IMG/VR virus record: IMGVR_UViG_3300037508_001402
Direction: 5' to 3' (one strand)
Origin: an uncultured virus (IMG/VR IMGVR_UViG_3300037508_001402)
Lineage: Duplodnaviria > Heunggongvirae > Uroviricota > Caudoviricetes
DNA length: 64,000 nt
Below, in pieces: positions 27,971 to 38,008 of the stretch; position 1 is the stretch's first letter, and each line of letters begins with the position of its first letter. The position numbers and the translations under genes are program-made. The notes under the pieces were generated by a model, which searched no databases, was not told the DNA's origin, and saw only the letters and a program-made list of their open reading frames with translations.

Positions 27971-28798
27971 TTAAGTCAAGGCCTTGGCGATGTTGCGGGG
28001 GATCATGTACTCAGTCGAGAACTTGGGTACAGATACGCCTGTGCCGGTGTACTCTGTCGCGTTGGCAGAGACGGTCAAGTCCATGCCCATCACTTCATTG
28101 TTGCCGCCCTTTTTATTGGTGGCACCTGTGACGATGGCAGAGGGATAGTCCACCAAGTGGATGCTCTGATCATCGCCGGAGGTTTTAATATTGAAGTGAC
28201 GCTCTTTGTAGTCACCACCACCCTCAATCTGGCTGATATTCACAGCGCGATAGATGGGTTGATCTGTGGCAGGGGCTTTAGAGAAGGGGGTGCGCAGGGT
28301 GACAGTATTGGAACTGACTTTCTTGACATACCGCTCTTCAGTGAAGGCTGTCAGCTGGCCGCTGTTGAAGGTGGTGTAAACCAAATCATCAGTGGTCAAA
28401 CCGGTGGCGCTTGCCAGGGTCAATTCAGTGGACAAAGAGCCCGCTTGAATCGTGCCCAGGGTAAAGCCGCTTGTGGCAGCGGTAAACACGGGGGTGATGC
28501 TGCTCATGTTGGCCAAAGAGGTCATGATCGCAGAGGCTTCGTTCACAGAACACTGGAAACCAGCAGAACGCTCAGACATGTGGCGCTCATGGGTGACAGC
28601 AGTGGTGCCGTGCTTGACTTCGACCTGCGCGGTACTGGGCTGAAACTGGAGTGAACCGGGAACGAGGTTCCCTGCTACTTGAAACTCAGCAGAATCATAC
28701 GCGAGCAGTGCGTCAGGGTTCTGAACACGCAGCTCTGTATTGGATGTTTTGGAGGGCATCCGCTGCCCGCCATAAAGGTCGGGTTTATTACTCGACAT
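27971..28798 (-). CDS. Major tail (tube) protein
   Basis: Position after the tail terminator, GGAG RBS, beta-rich with an inserted domain. Confidence 0.65.
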   Translation of the reverse strand: MSSNKPDLYGGQRMPSKTSNTELRVQNPDALLAYDSAEFQVAGNLVPGSLQFQPSTAQVEVKHGTTAVTHERHMSERSAGFQCSVNEASAIMTSLANMSSITPVFTAATSGFTLGTIQAGSLSTELTLASATGLTTDDLVYTTFNSGQLTAFTEERYVKKVSSNTVTLRTPFSKAPATDQPIYRAVNISQIEGGGDYKERHFNIKTSGDDQSIHLVDYPSAIVTGATNKKGGNNEVMGMDLTVSANATEYTGTGVSVPKFSTEYMIPRNIAKALT

Positions 28799-28810
28799 GG
28801 GGTATTCTCC

Positions 28811-29311
28811 TTACTCAAAATAGAGGTTGAAATTGGTAAACAAATGACTCAGCGTCGGGTCTTCGTCTGGCTGGGTTTCCCACCCGTTTCGATTCGTCAA
28901 CGTGAGAGTCATGTCATGCAGGGGCAGCGCGGTACGGGGCGGGGTTGCTTTTGCTGCCTCAGAGTCTGTCTGAGCAATGCTGCACTCCATAATTGAGAGC
29001 GCGGGGTCTAACCCCAGACGGGTGAATACTTGACCGGCAATCCTTTGGGCCAAACCCAATTGATTACCAGCGGTGTAAACGTCTAATTGGATGGCTGAAA
29101 CCAGCTTTTGCCGCTGATTATTCCAGCCACCTGAATTGAGAAACCAGCCTGCGACATAGGGATACACAGGGGTTGTGGGCTTGCCACCGTGGGGGTACCA
29201 AGTGACGGTCACGCCCAGGGCTGTGCTGATCGCGGTGCAAATGGCTCTCATGCGGGCATTGAATGAGGTGGATGAATTGACTGTGGCGTCTGCCCAGTTT
29301 TGGAGGCTCAT
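28811..29311 (-). CDS. Tail terminator-like protein
   Basis: YPYV..., IQLDVYT motifs and synteny. Confidence 0.65.
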   Translation of the reverse strand: MSLQNWADATVNSSTSFNARMRAICTAISTALGVTVTWYPHGGKPTTPVYPYVAGWFLNSGGWNNQRQKLVSAIQLDVYTAGNQLGLAQRIAGQVFTRLGLDPALSIMECSIAQTDSEAAKATPPRTALPLHDMTLTLTNRNGWETQPDEDPTLSHLFTNFNLYFE

Positions 29312-30039
29312 TGCTGTAACCTCTTGAGGTAAATGGCGTAATGATGGGTCTTGAGAAACTTGATGCCGTCACTGTTCCAGAGGGTGTACTTGATCGCACT
29401 TCCCCCTTGTGGTGTGAGGGTGAAATATTCAGCGCCCGTCAGTTGGGCCTCAGAGACAACAGAGCGATCAACGATCACCATCGCATCGCCAATCTTGCGA
29501 GCGCGGGGGCCGTCGTCTTCGTACTGCTCGGACAGGTCAACATTTTGGTATGCGATGCTGGCAGGGGTGGGCGTGGCTGTGCCGGGGTCGCCAGCGTCGG
29601 GGTCTGCCCCTGTGTATGTGGTGCTCACCCTGGCAAAGGCATAGGTATTGGCAAAGGCTTTTCCTTCGAGGGAGTCGGCAAAGACCACTTCGAGCAGCTT
29701 GGACACTTTGGTCATATCGAAGCCACGGACGATCAGATAACCTTTAGCCTCTGGACCATCAGGGGTGCGCTTGCTGCTGTGCTCTCTGCTTTTGCGAAAG
29801 TGGACTTGGGCCTTGAAGTTCTTGGCGGTGCCTGTAGTGACAGTGCCACCAGAAAAGGTCTGTGTGCTGATGGCAGCAACTTCACCCTGAATGATGGTTG
29901 GGACGATCCCGCCCACGGGCAGGGGCTTCACGTCGATCACATACAGATCCCTGGAAACACCCGCAATGGTGCTGATCTTGTCTGTGGGGCTGATAAGTAC
30001 CGATGCGCCTGTTGTGTCAATGGCGTAATAGCTACACAT
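29308..30039 (-). CDS. Head closure / neck protein
   Basis: Synteny between adaptor and terminator; start uncertain. Confidence 0.5.
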   Translation of the reverse strand: MCSYYAIDTTGASVLISPTDKISTIAGVSRDLYVIDVKPLPVGGIVPTIIQGEVAAISTQTFSGGTVTTGTAKNFKAQVHFRKSREHSSKRTPDGPEAKGYLIVRGFDMTKVSKLLEVVFADSLEGKAFANTYAFARVSTTYTGADPDAGDPGTATPTPASIAYQNVDLSEQYEDDGPRARKIGDAMVIVDRSVVSEAQLTGAEYFTLTPQGGSAIKYTLWNSDGIKFLKTHHYAIYLKRLQQ

Positions 30040-30709
30040 TAAACGCGATATCCCTGGCCATGAACTGCTTGAGGATCATGTCCACAATGGGGACGCCGGT
30101 TAGGTTGCCGCCTGACATTGCCTCAGAGAGCTTGTAGCTGTGGCGGTCTGTCTTCTCTTCGGTGATGCCGTAAGAGCGCAGGACTGCCAGCAATTGGCCC
30201 CCACCAATCTGATCGAGCCAAGCCACAGCCAAAATGCTCACAGCTTTTTTAATCAGCTTGGGGACGCCAAATGTCCCGTCAGGGTAGCGTGAGAGCCATC
30301 CCCATGAACCAGTGACCGCTATATTCAGAGTGCCCTCTGGGAACGCTCCAAAATAGCGGCTTTCAATATCCCAAGAGTTGGAGCGAAAGATCGCGATCTT
30401 GGGGTACGTCTGGTCTGTGGGGATGCGGTTATAGGCTTTAAATTCCGTCAGCGGCTGCTCAATCCATTGGGCATTGCCAAACTGTTGCCACTCCACTTTT
30501 GTGAGCGACACAATAGGCATGTCCAAGGGCAGAGTCTCAGACCCGTTCCCGTCGAAGTACCGGGTTTCGGTCCGGGCCTCGAAGTACTTCTGAGTGATGC
30601 GATCCACATACTCAGAGGCAAAATCTATCGCGGCCTGAACTGTGCTGTCCCCATAGAGATCAGAGGATACTCCATCAGTGCGCAGGTCTGAGACTGTGAC
30701 GTATGCCAT
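30032..30709 (-). CDS. Head-tail adaptor
   Basis: MAYVTVSDLR, ASEYVDRIT, NIAVTGSWGW and VPKLIKKA. Confidence 0.8.
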   Translation of the reverse strand: MAYVTVSDLRTDGVSSDLYGDSTVQAAIDFASEYVDRITQKYFEARTETRYFDGNGSETLPLDMPIVSLTKVEWQQFGNAQWIEQPLTEFKAYNRIPTDQTYPKIAIFRSNSWDIESRYFGAFPEGTLNIAVTGSWGWLSRYPDGTFGVPKLIKKAVSILAVAWLDQIGGGQLLAVLRSYGITEEKTDRHSYKLSEAMSGGNLTGVPIVDMILKQFMARDIAFNV

Positions 30710-30969
30710 TATTTCCCGCCTTTGGCCTTGGGTTTAGCTTCGGGCTTGGAGGGTTCGCTGGGAGTGCTTTCCTTGGCTTCCACTTCGGAAGGTTCTGCCT
30801 TGGGTGCATCTTCGATCTCTTTGATGTCAAAGTGACCATCCACAAACAGAACGTCATTCACATATTCAGAATCATCTTCTGAAAAGTGATAAACGACTCC
30901 AGGCAAATACTCTTCACGAAGAAGGGGGCCACTTAGTGACCCCCCTTTTAAGGTGACTTCATATCTCAT
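30709..30969 (-). CDS. Small capsid-associated protein
   Basis: Follows the MCP; E/K/P-rich tail. Confidence 0.6.
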   Translation of the reverse strand: MRYEVTLKGGSLSGPLLREEYLPGVVYHFSEDDSEYVNDVLFVDGHFDIKEIEDAPKAEPSEVEAKESTPSEPSKPEAKPKAKGGK

Positions 30970-30979
30970 GGATCACCTC

Positions 30980-32230
30980 TTAGGATGCGACTACAGCGTC
31001 TTGGATGTTGATAGCGCGAGCTACCCAACCTTCTTTGACAAACTTGAAGTCAACACGGGTACGACCGACGATCTTGACGATGCCTTCATCAATAAACTCT
31101 TGAGTCTGGACATTCATGTTGTTCACATCAATGGCCACGATGAAGTTGTTACGCTTGGTCAAGAAGATCTGAGGCAGCACTTGATAGGTCACTTTCACCA
31201 CGTCACCGCTGCCAATTGAGCCAGTGGTAACACGGACAATCGAGCCGGTGGAGGTGGTCAAGGTGTAGTCAGTTGTGGCCGCATAGGGAGCGGTGGCAGA
31301 ACTGCTCAAGGCAGAGGCGTTCACAAATACATTGGATGCGCTGGGCAGGTTGGTGTATTTGAGGCTGACAGGGGTGGTGCCGGTCAGGGTGATATGCTCA
31401 GTCACATAGGGGTTGGTGTCCAGCAAGGGGCAGGGCACAACCAACACGCCACGGAACATGATCATGTTGTCTTCGGTTAAGAAGAGATCGCCTTCAGCAG
31501 TGTCACGCTTTTTCAGGTAGCTGCGCAGGTTCTCATCAATGTTGCTGGGAACGTAGAAGCGCAGTTCAGACTTCTCTTGGCGATAGTCAGCAGGCAGCTT
31601 TTTCAAGGTGTTGTGCAGGATCAATTGGATGTCTGCACTGTTGCTGGCATTGTAGGTCAGCACACCAGAACCAGAGGCATCAGCAGCCGCGATCAAGCCA
31701 TTGAACTGTGCAAAGGTTGTGTCTTTGATGCGGTTGGTGGCGTGGCCGGTGCCGTTGTTTTTGAAGTCAGCTTCTGCAATGGAGGGTCCAAGGGTGTTGG
31801 AGCCCCAAACCATTTTTTCCATATCGTTGGCGATGACGGTGGACATGGCGTTTGCCAGGGCGTTGGTCTTGCCAGCGGTGTCTTGATTGGTGCCCAAGCG
31901 GCGGATGTAGCTGTGATGCAGAGGCAAGACAGCTTTCACGTCTTTGGGGTCGAACTGTACTTTGGTGGTGGCAGGGGTGCGACCACCGGAGGTAGAGCCG
32001 TCATCCAGTTCGAGGTAGCGGCCTGTCAGTTCCAGGGTGTCATAGTCCAAGCGGTCATACAGTTTGACAAAGGTGGCATGATTGGCCAATACGGAGGCAT
32101 TGATGGTCAGGTCTGCCAGCTCTTCACGCTGTTCGGGGTTCAGGGTGGCGGTCACGCTGGAAGCGGTCAGGGTTTTGTTTACCTGCTGTTCGAGGCGTGC
32201 CAATTTCTGTTCGAGGGTTTCAGTTTGCAT
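30980..32230 (-). CDS. Major capsid protein (HK97 fold, PBSX/P2-like) with an inserted beta domain
   Basis: LNPEQ, IANDMEK, FNGLI, LPADYR, GVLVVPCP and RVDF. Confidence 0.85.
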   Translation of the reverse strand: MQTETLEQKLARLEQQVNKTLTASSVTATLNPEQREELADLTINASVLANHATFVKLYDRLDYDTLELTGRYLELDDGSTSGGRTPATTKVQFDPKDVKAVLPLHHSYIRRLGTNQDTAGKTNALANAMSTVIANDMEKMVWGSNTLGPSIAEADFKNNGTGHATNRIKDTTFAQFNGLIAAADASGSGVLTYNASNSADIQLILHNTLKKLPADYRQEKSELRFYVPSNIDENLRSYLKKRDTAEGDLFLTEDNMIMFRGVLVVPCPLLDTNPYVTEHITLTGTTPVSLKYTNLPSASNVFVNASALSSSATAPYAATTDYTLTTSTGSIVRVTTGSIGSGDVVKVTYQVLPQIFLTKRNNFIVAIDVNNMNVQTQEFIDEGIVKIVGRTRVDFKFVKEGWVARAINIQDAVVAS

Positions 32231-32247
32231 TTTCCTTTTCCTTTCGA

Positions 32248-32955
32248 TTAGGCCATTTCGGCAATTTTTTCAAATACGGAACCGCTAAACACGGCCTTCT
32301 TTTGAGGGGCAGGTGTAGCAGAGCTACCCTTTTCGACTTGACCAGCTGGGCGCTGATTGAGGATGCTTGTAACCATGGCTTTTAATTCAGCGGTGGAATT
32401 GGCCAGGGCTTTGATCTGCTCGGCGGTGGCGTCAGTGACAGGGGCGACGGGGGCCTCTTTGCTGACTTCGGGAGCTTTGTCTTCCATGGGGGCTTTGTCT
32501 TCGACCTCATCAGCTTTGGGGGCTTCGAGAGCTGCGACACGGGATTCAAAAGCGGAGAACTTTTCTTCCCAGGGTTGGAGGGCTGCATCAATGAGGGCTT
32601 GGACTTTCGCCAAGTCTTCATCAGTCAGCACTTTGTTTTCAGTGGCCTCGCTGGCCGCTTGTTCAGACATAGGATCGGTTCCTTTCTGTGTGGCCATTGG
32701 GGCCATAAGTTTTTTGAAAAGGTCTTGAATGTCGCTCATGAGTGCTGAGCGCAGTTGTTTGAAGAGGCTGGGCGCTTCACCGGGTTCGATCCCGTTAGCT
32801 TTCAGCTCTTCGATCTGTTGGGGGGTGAATTGGCCAGCGTTTTTACGCACAAGGAAGGGGCGATCATTGGCGGGGTAATCCACCAGCGAAGTCTCTTCGA
32901 CCATGTAGTCAGTCAATTTGCCGGGGACAGGCATCCCCGAGGCTTTATTCGTCAT
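32248..32955 (-). CDS. Scaffold protein with an N-terminal protease segment
   Basis: VEETSLVDYPAN followed by an acidic, Ala/Pro-rich coiled region; GGAGG RBS. Confidence 0.65.
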   Translation of the reverse strand: MTNKASGMPVPGKLTDYMVEETSLVDYPANDRPFLVRKNAGQFTPQQIEELKANGIEPGEAPSLFKQLRSALMSDIQDLFKKLMAPMATQKGTDPMSEQAASEATENKVLTDEDLAKVQALIDAALQPWEEKFSAFESRVAALEAPKADEVEDKAPMEDKAPEVSKEAPVAPVTDATAEQIKALANSTAELKAMVTSILNQRPAGQVEKGSSATPAPQKKAVFSGSVFEKIAEMA

Positions 32956-33967
32956 CTGATTCCTCCTGTTTGGGTGATGCCCACACTGTCCCGATGCCAC
33001 CGGGACTCAGGCCATTGATTTCGTAATTCTTGAGCATGGCGACACCGCGCTCTGATACCGCTTGATAGGCTTGAAGCCAAGTGCCAGGCTTGACCTTGTA
33101 ACCGCCAATGATGGGGCAGCCGTATTCAATCCAGTTGCGAACACACACAAAGTCCGGGTGGTTGATCCCCTGCTGTTCAGCCCATTCGTTGTGTTGGATG
33201 CCCACCCGTTGGTGGTAGAGGCTCCAGTTGTCACAAGAGCGCTCGATGTCTTCAGCGCTCATCCATTGGCCGTGAAGGTCAGGCCTGTCGGGTGATCCCG
33301 GTTCAAGCACGATGCCGATCACGAAGCCTTGGAAGTCTGCGACCGCTTTGGTTTCTGTGGTCAGGGTGGGCTCTGCGCTCAGGCGACCAAGCGAAAGGGG
33401 ACGAAACTCGCTTTTTGTCTGTTTGCCTGTCTGGATCTCAGGGAGTTCAATGATGCGTTTAGAGAGGTTGCGAGAGACAAATCCAGCCATGAACGTGGCC
33501 AGATCGGTGATCTCAGGAATGGCAGGGAGAGATCCTTCAGACAGGCATTTGATGACATGCTGGTCGATTTGCTGAACGTATTCAGCCACGGCTTGATCTG
33601 CCATTTTGTTTTCCTTGTCTTTGATTTTTTCGTTTATGAGGTTCTTCATGTAGGCCTGGCCCCGTGAGCCAATTACGCCCCATTTGATTTGAGCGACCAC
33701 ACCGGGCAGGCGAAAGTCTTTGAGATGTCGTGCCGCCCATGCTTCCCGCTCTCTGATCCAGTCCAAGACCGCTTCAGTCTCGGAGTCTTCACGGGCCTTG
33801 CCCCACAGGGAGAAGGCATCATTGCCGCGAATATTGCCCCCGGCTTTCCAGATGTCCGGGTGATTGGCCTTAAGCCTTTCAGCCCAGGCCCTGTCAAACT
33901 GTGGGTACTGACTGTTTCTGAGCGAGACTTTCAGGTCGTCGCCCTGTTGGGGGAAGTTGGTAGGCAT
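32945..33967 (-). CDS. XkdF-like prohead protease with an extra N-terminal domain
   Basis: GIVLEP..PDLHGQWMSAEDIE, IQH, KPGTWL and INGLSPGG. Confidence 0.75.
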   Translation of the reverse strand: MPTNFPQQGDDLKVSLRNSQYPQFDRAWAERLKANHPDIWKAGGNIRGNDAFSLWGKAREDSETEAVLDWIREREAWAARHLKDFRLPGVVAQIKWGVIGSRGQAYMKNLINEKIKDKENKMADQAVAEYVQQIDQHVIKCLSEGSLPAIPEITDLATFMAGFVSRNLSKRIIELPEIQTGKQTKSEFRPLSLGRLSAEPTLTTETKAVADFQGFVIGIVLEPGSPDRPDLHGQWMSAEDIERSCDNWSLYHQRVGIQHNEWAEQQGINHPDFVCVRNWIEYGCPIIGGYKVKPGTWLQAYQAVSERGVAMLKNYEINGLSPGGIGTVWASPKQEESDDE

Positions 33968-34031
33968 TTTTTCCTCAGAGAAAAAGGAGAGGTTTTTAGG
34001 CCTCTCCCAGATGGTCATGAGTCACTGAAAA

Positions 34032-35768
34032 CTATTTTTTATGCAGGCTTTCGAGATCGAGAACTGCAATGTGTCGAACGTCTTTGCCCAGGGCCTTGGA
34101 TAGCGCAGCCTTGAGTGATTGGGTGATCTTGCTGTCGTCAGGGAATGAGGCGATCACAGAGCCTTTGAGTGAGGGTGGCACATTGGCCTCTTCCTCTGGG
34201 AATAAGGGCAACTCACCGGGGATGATCGAATCAAGCAGTGAGCGGCGCTCATTCAGGGTCAGGTCTTCTTTGCCTGCGTTCAGGACTTTGACGGTCGCGT
34301 CTGTTCTGTCTACACTGAAATTGTTCAGAGCAAAGCGCCAATGCTTCACACCTTTTTGGTTGTTTGGGCGCTGACTCCACAGGCTGACTTCTGGCAGGAA
34401 CACATCGTTGATGATCATCTCAATCGCGTTGCGCTCGGGTTGGAATACCATTTGCTCAGTGATGCGGATTGCCTCTTCAGCGGTGGCACGGTTCAGGGTA
34501 GACTCCACTTTACCCACGATGATTTGTGGCAGGCGAAACAGAGCACAGATGCTTTTATCTAACCAATCGAGGTACTTGAGGAACATTCCTTCATTGGCCA
34601 GGATGCTCGACAGGTTTTCGATTCTGACTGATGGCTTGATGACTTCTTTGGCAGTGCCTGAACCAGCGGGCTCGGCTTCCACTTGGATAATCACTGCTTT
34701 GCTGCGAGATTCACGGCCTTTGATGGCTTTGAGTTGGTCACGAATCAGTGAGGCCAGTTTGGGGTTATTGGCCCCTTCTACGATCACTGCCATCGGAGGG
34801 GTGGCGTTATTATCCAGAATATCCAGATTGACGATACGGATCGCCCTGGCAGCAAGAACGTCAGGCAGGCCGGGTATCCACTCAGGGGCAGGGATTTCGT
34901 CACCCACTGCCACGATGGGGAACCACAGGATCTCTGTGGCCAATTGCCACTCAGCAGGGGGCGGGGTGGTCTGTGTCCAAAACTCCCCTGTTTTGCTGTT
35001 CATGGGGCGAGGGTCAAGGAACTCTTTGAAGTAGGTCTTTTTGATGGTGCTGGCCTGGAATGAGCGATTGGGCCTGATCTCCTGAATGAAACGGCGAAAG
35101 CGACGCTGCTCAGGCTGTGATTCGATTCTATTGCCGATGCGGATCTGTCTGTCTACAGTGATCACCTGCTCATCGACTGCGCAGATTTTGATTGTTTTGA
35201 GGTCTTCGATTGGGTTGACGCCAACCACTTGATTGAGGGTGTTGCGCAGGATCTCCCAGGCACCGAAGGCATAGCGACGACGGCCCTCAAGTACCAAACC
35301 AATGACGTCGTTGGCGCTGCGATTGGGGCAGATGTAGCGAAAGAAGGCGTCCAATTCATCACGCTCGTTTTCAATCTCTGCAATCTTGGCGGCGTCGGTC
35401 ACTTCATCGAGCTTTGAGCGGTCATTCAGAGGGAGCAGTTTAAACCCTTGCCCGCCCGTGCCAATGCTGTGCGCTTTGATGGTGCGTGAGAGTTCAGGGC
35501 ACTCTTCAATCACCAACTCCAACACGCTCAAGGGATACTTGGCGCGAATCTCCACAGGGCTCTTTGAGCTTTGGGTGTACTCCTGAGACTTGGCAGCACC
35601 TTTTCTTGTGGCGGCCCGTGAGCCTTTGGGCTTGTCTGCCTTTTCCTCTTGCATGGGTTGGGGGAACACGCTCAGGAGTTCATCATTGCGGCGCTCCAAT
35701 GTCTTGCCCATGTCCAGGGCAATCACTGAGGCATCAGCCGTTACCCTTTTCTGTTCAAGCGTTGACAT
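34032..35768 (-). CDS. Portal protein (PBSX family)
   Basis: NNATPPMAVIV, FRLPQIIVG, NRATAE and LTLNERR; downstream of TerL. Confidence 0.85.
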   Translation of the reverse strand: MSTLEQKRVTADASVIALDMGKTLERRNDELLSVFPQPMQEEKADKPKGSRAATRKGAAKSQEYTQSSKSPVEIRAKYPLSVLELVIEECPELSRTIKAHSIGTGGQGFKLLPLNDRSKLDEVTDAAKIAEIENERDELDAFFRYICPNRSANDVIGLVLEGRRRYAFGAWEILRNTLNQVVGVNPIEDLKTIKICAVDEQVITVDRQIRIGNRIESQPEQRRFRRFIQEIRPNRSFQASTIKKTYFKEFLDPRPMNSKTGEFWTQTTPPPAEWQLATEILWFPIVAVGDEIPAPEWIPGLPDVLAARAIRIVNLDILDNNATPPMAVIVEGANNPKLASLIRDQLKAIKGRESRSKAVIIQVEAEPAGSGTAKEVIKPSVRIENLSSILANEGMFLKYLDWLDKSICALFRLPQIIVGKVESTLNRATAEEAIRITEQMVFQPERNAIEMIINDVFLPEVSLWSQRPNNQKGVKHWRFALNNFSVDRTDATVKVLNAGKEDLTLNERRSLLDSIIPGELPLFPEEEANVPPSLKGSVIASFPDDSKITQSLKAALSKALGKDVRHIAVLDLESLHKK

Positions 35769-37455
35769 TCTGAGCAAACCTTCGTTTAAATATTTTGTCG
35801 TAGTCCCAAACTTCCATTAAAAGTTTGAAGGCCACAGATAGACCCATCAGGTGATCGTCATGGGTTCCACTGCCTTCGGGAGCGCCCATCTTATTGCCGT
35901 CAAGTTTCTGGAAGTGATCCATTTCATCCACGGTGTCTTGGTCGCTGAGCCTGAGCCCTATCACCGCTTTGCTGTCGGGGTCTTGGGTGTAATGCTCGAC
36001 AGCTTCACGAATCGCGGCCCGCATGAGGTAGATGGTATTAGGCTTTTCGCCCAGGGTTGGCAGACCGTCATAAGTTCGGTTTCCACAATGCACAAACTCA
36101 TCCCAGTCTTTGCAGAGTTGGACTTGTTCACCCCTCTCATTCGTGATCAGGGTTTGATCATTGCGGGCCTGTGAGATAGTGGCGCGGCCTATGCCGTTGG
36201 TTTCAATCCCGACGACGCCGGGGTATTTCTGCCAGATGCGATGCACTTCTCTGTGCAATTGCGTACTGTCGATCAGATTGCTTGACCATTTATACACTTG
36301 CTCTTGGGTGACGGCATCAACCACTTGAATCACGCTATTGTCGCCACCGGCCCCGTCGCTCACGTCCACCCCAATCACATGAATGTGGCCAGGGATGGCA
36401 TCACGCTTTTGGGTGGTCAGGGTCTTAAGGTCAACGTCAGGGTCATGAAAGATGCTCTTGCCAGTGGCTTCAAAACAATCTTTGTCATTTTCAGGGTATT
36501 CCTGAATAAAGGCCATCGGCCCCTTGGCTGCGAGCTGTGGGTCTGCTTTTGTTTCGCGTCTCCACTTGATCTGCTCCTCAGTGAGCTCCATCATCCATTC
36601 GATCTTTACATACTCGATGAATTTCTTCTCTTCATCCGTGAGGCTTTCGCGTACCGCTTGGCGCTCTTTTTCTGAACCTATGATTGCCTGGTATTTGTCA
36701 TGCAGGAACCAAGGCCAAAAGCGGGACTTCCATTTGCTGGTACCAGATTTTGCAAGCTGATAAAAGTTGTAGAAGTAGTCCCCTTTGAGACGGGGGCTTG
36801 ATTCAATGAAGATGTTTGTTGTCTCATCTTCGAGTGCAGGCCTTAAGCCCTGGATCAATTCACCGGCAAAGGGCCATTCTGCCAACTCTGAGAGCAGTGC
36901 ACCGCGCAGGGTAATTGAGCGGCCTTTGCCACGGCTGACAGCTTTGCTTTTGCCAGGGATGCGGGCTTTGATTCTGCTCCCTGTTTCGGTGAAGCCAAAC
37001 TCTTTGGAGTTGCTGACATCTGCCTTGGGCAAGACAATCAGGTCGTCGCCCTCTTCATCAATGCTCTGAAAGTAAAACTTGATTTTCTCTTCGAGCATGA
37101 TCTTCACTGCGTCATCGTCTTGGCAGAATACCCAATTCTTTGTGTTCTCAAAGAAGGTGACATCATGCAAGAGTAGTGCGCAGATAAAAGAAGAGAGGCC
37201 AAACTGACGGGCCTTTAGGTTGACTTCACGGACGCCCTGAAGGCGTTTGGCCCATTTGCCTGAGTCGAGCTGAAAGGGCTTTAGGTAGAGCTTTTTCAGT
37301 TCTTTCCAGTAGAGCTTTTGAATCTTGTTGAGCTTGAAGGAAACGACTTTGTTTTTGGGGGTCAGGATCTTGAGGCAGCGCTGAATCCAGAGAATGGGGT
37401 TATCTCTGAATTTTCTGAACAGTCGTTTCTGTTGGCTCTTGAGAGTTGAGGACAT
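35755..37455 (-). CDS. terL: Terminase large subunit
   Basis: LKARQFGLS (Walker A), LLSELAEW, IESSP, IGVDVSDG and HDDHLM. Confidence 0.95.
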   Translation of the reverse strand: MSSTLKSQQKRLFRKFRDNPILWIQRCLKILTPKNKVVSFKLNKIQKLYWKELKKLYLKPFQLDSGKWAKRLQGVREVNLKARQFGLSSFICALLLHDVTFFENTKNWVFCQDDDAVKIMLEEKIKFYFQSIDEEGDDLIVLPKADVSNSKEFGFTETGSRIKARIPGKSKAVSRGKGRSITLRGALLSELAEWPFAGELIQGLRPALEDETTNIFIESSPRLKGDYFYNFYQLAKSGTSKWKSRFWPWFLHDKYQAIIGSEKERQAVRESLTDEEKKFIEYVKIEWMMELTEEQIKWRRETKADPQLAAKGPMAFIQEYPENDKDCFEATGKSIFHDPDVDLKTLTTQKRDAIPGHIHVIGVDVSDGAGGDNSVIQVVDAVTQEQVYKWSSNLIDSTQLHREVHRIWQKYPGVVGIETNGIGRATISQARNDQTLITNERGEQVQLCKDWDEFVHCGNRTYDGLPTLGEKPNTIYLMRAAIREAVEHYTQDPDSKAVIGLRLSDQDTVDEMDHFQKLDGNKMGAPEGSGTHDDHLMGLSVAFKLLMEVWDYDKIFKRRFAQNVNA

Positions 37456-38007
37456 TTAATCCTCGTCATCATCATCGTTATCAGCGTCTAAAATGTCTCT
37501 GAAGGATGTTTTGATGCCTTCAGGCTTTGCTATTTTCTTCTGACCGTCTGAGAGGGTGACGATTTTAATCATTGATTGCCGGATACTCTCAAGCGCTCTT
37601 GCCCCTGATTCCAGGGTGCGCATTTTGTCCAGCTTGTTTTTTGCCGCCTGGTTGTTTAACCCAGCGAGAGAGGAAAAGTTTGCTTTGTCTGCCCCATCGC
37701 TATCAAAGGGGTCAAGGTTCTCATCTGAAGTTGAGAGCTCATAAATCAGTTCGCTGATCTCTTCGAGCTTTTTCTTGTAGGACTCATTCAGGGGAATGAC
37801 TTCAGGAGGTAGACCGGCCCCTTGCCCAAGGTAATAACTCCTGAGCTTGTCGCCTATGCTGTCGAGCTTGTAACGCTCTGCCATGTTTGACAGTGCAGAC
37901 ACGCTTTTGTACCCGTAATCATGAGCTATTGCGTTGATGCTTTCGCCTGTGAGACGTGCAACCAAGAGCCTTAAAACTATCGTGGGGCTGGGCTCAGGCT
38001 TTGGCAT
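37456..38007 (-). CDS. Terminase small subunit (putative)
   Basis: Immediately upstream of TerL; N-terminal HTH-like region, acidic tail. Confidence 0.55.
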   Translation of the reverse strand: MPKPEPSPTIVLRLLVARLTGESINAIAHDYGYKSVSALSNMAERYKLDSIGDKLRSYYLGQGAGLPPEVIPLNESYKKKLEEISELIYELSTSDENLDPFDSDGADKANFSSLAGLNNQAAKNKLDKMRTLESGARALESIRQSMIKIVTLSDGQKKIAKPEGIKTSFRDILDADNDDDDED

Positions 38008-38008
38008 G

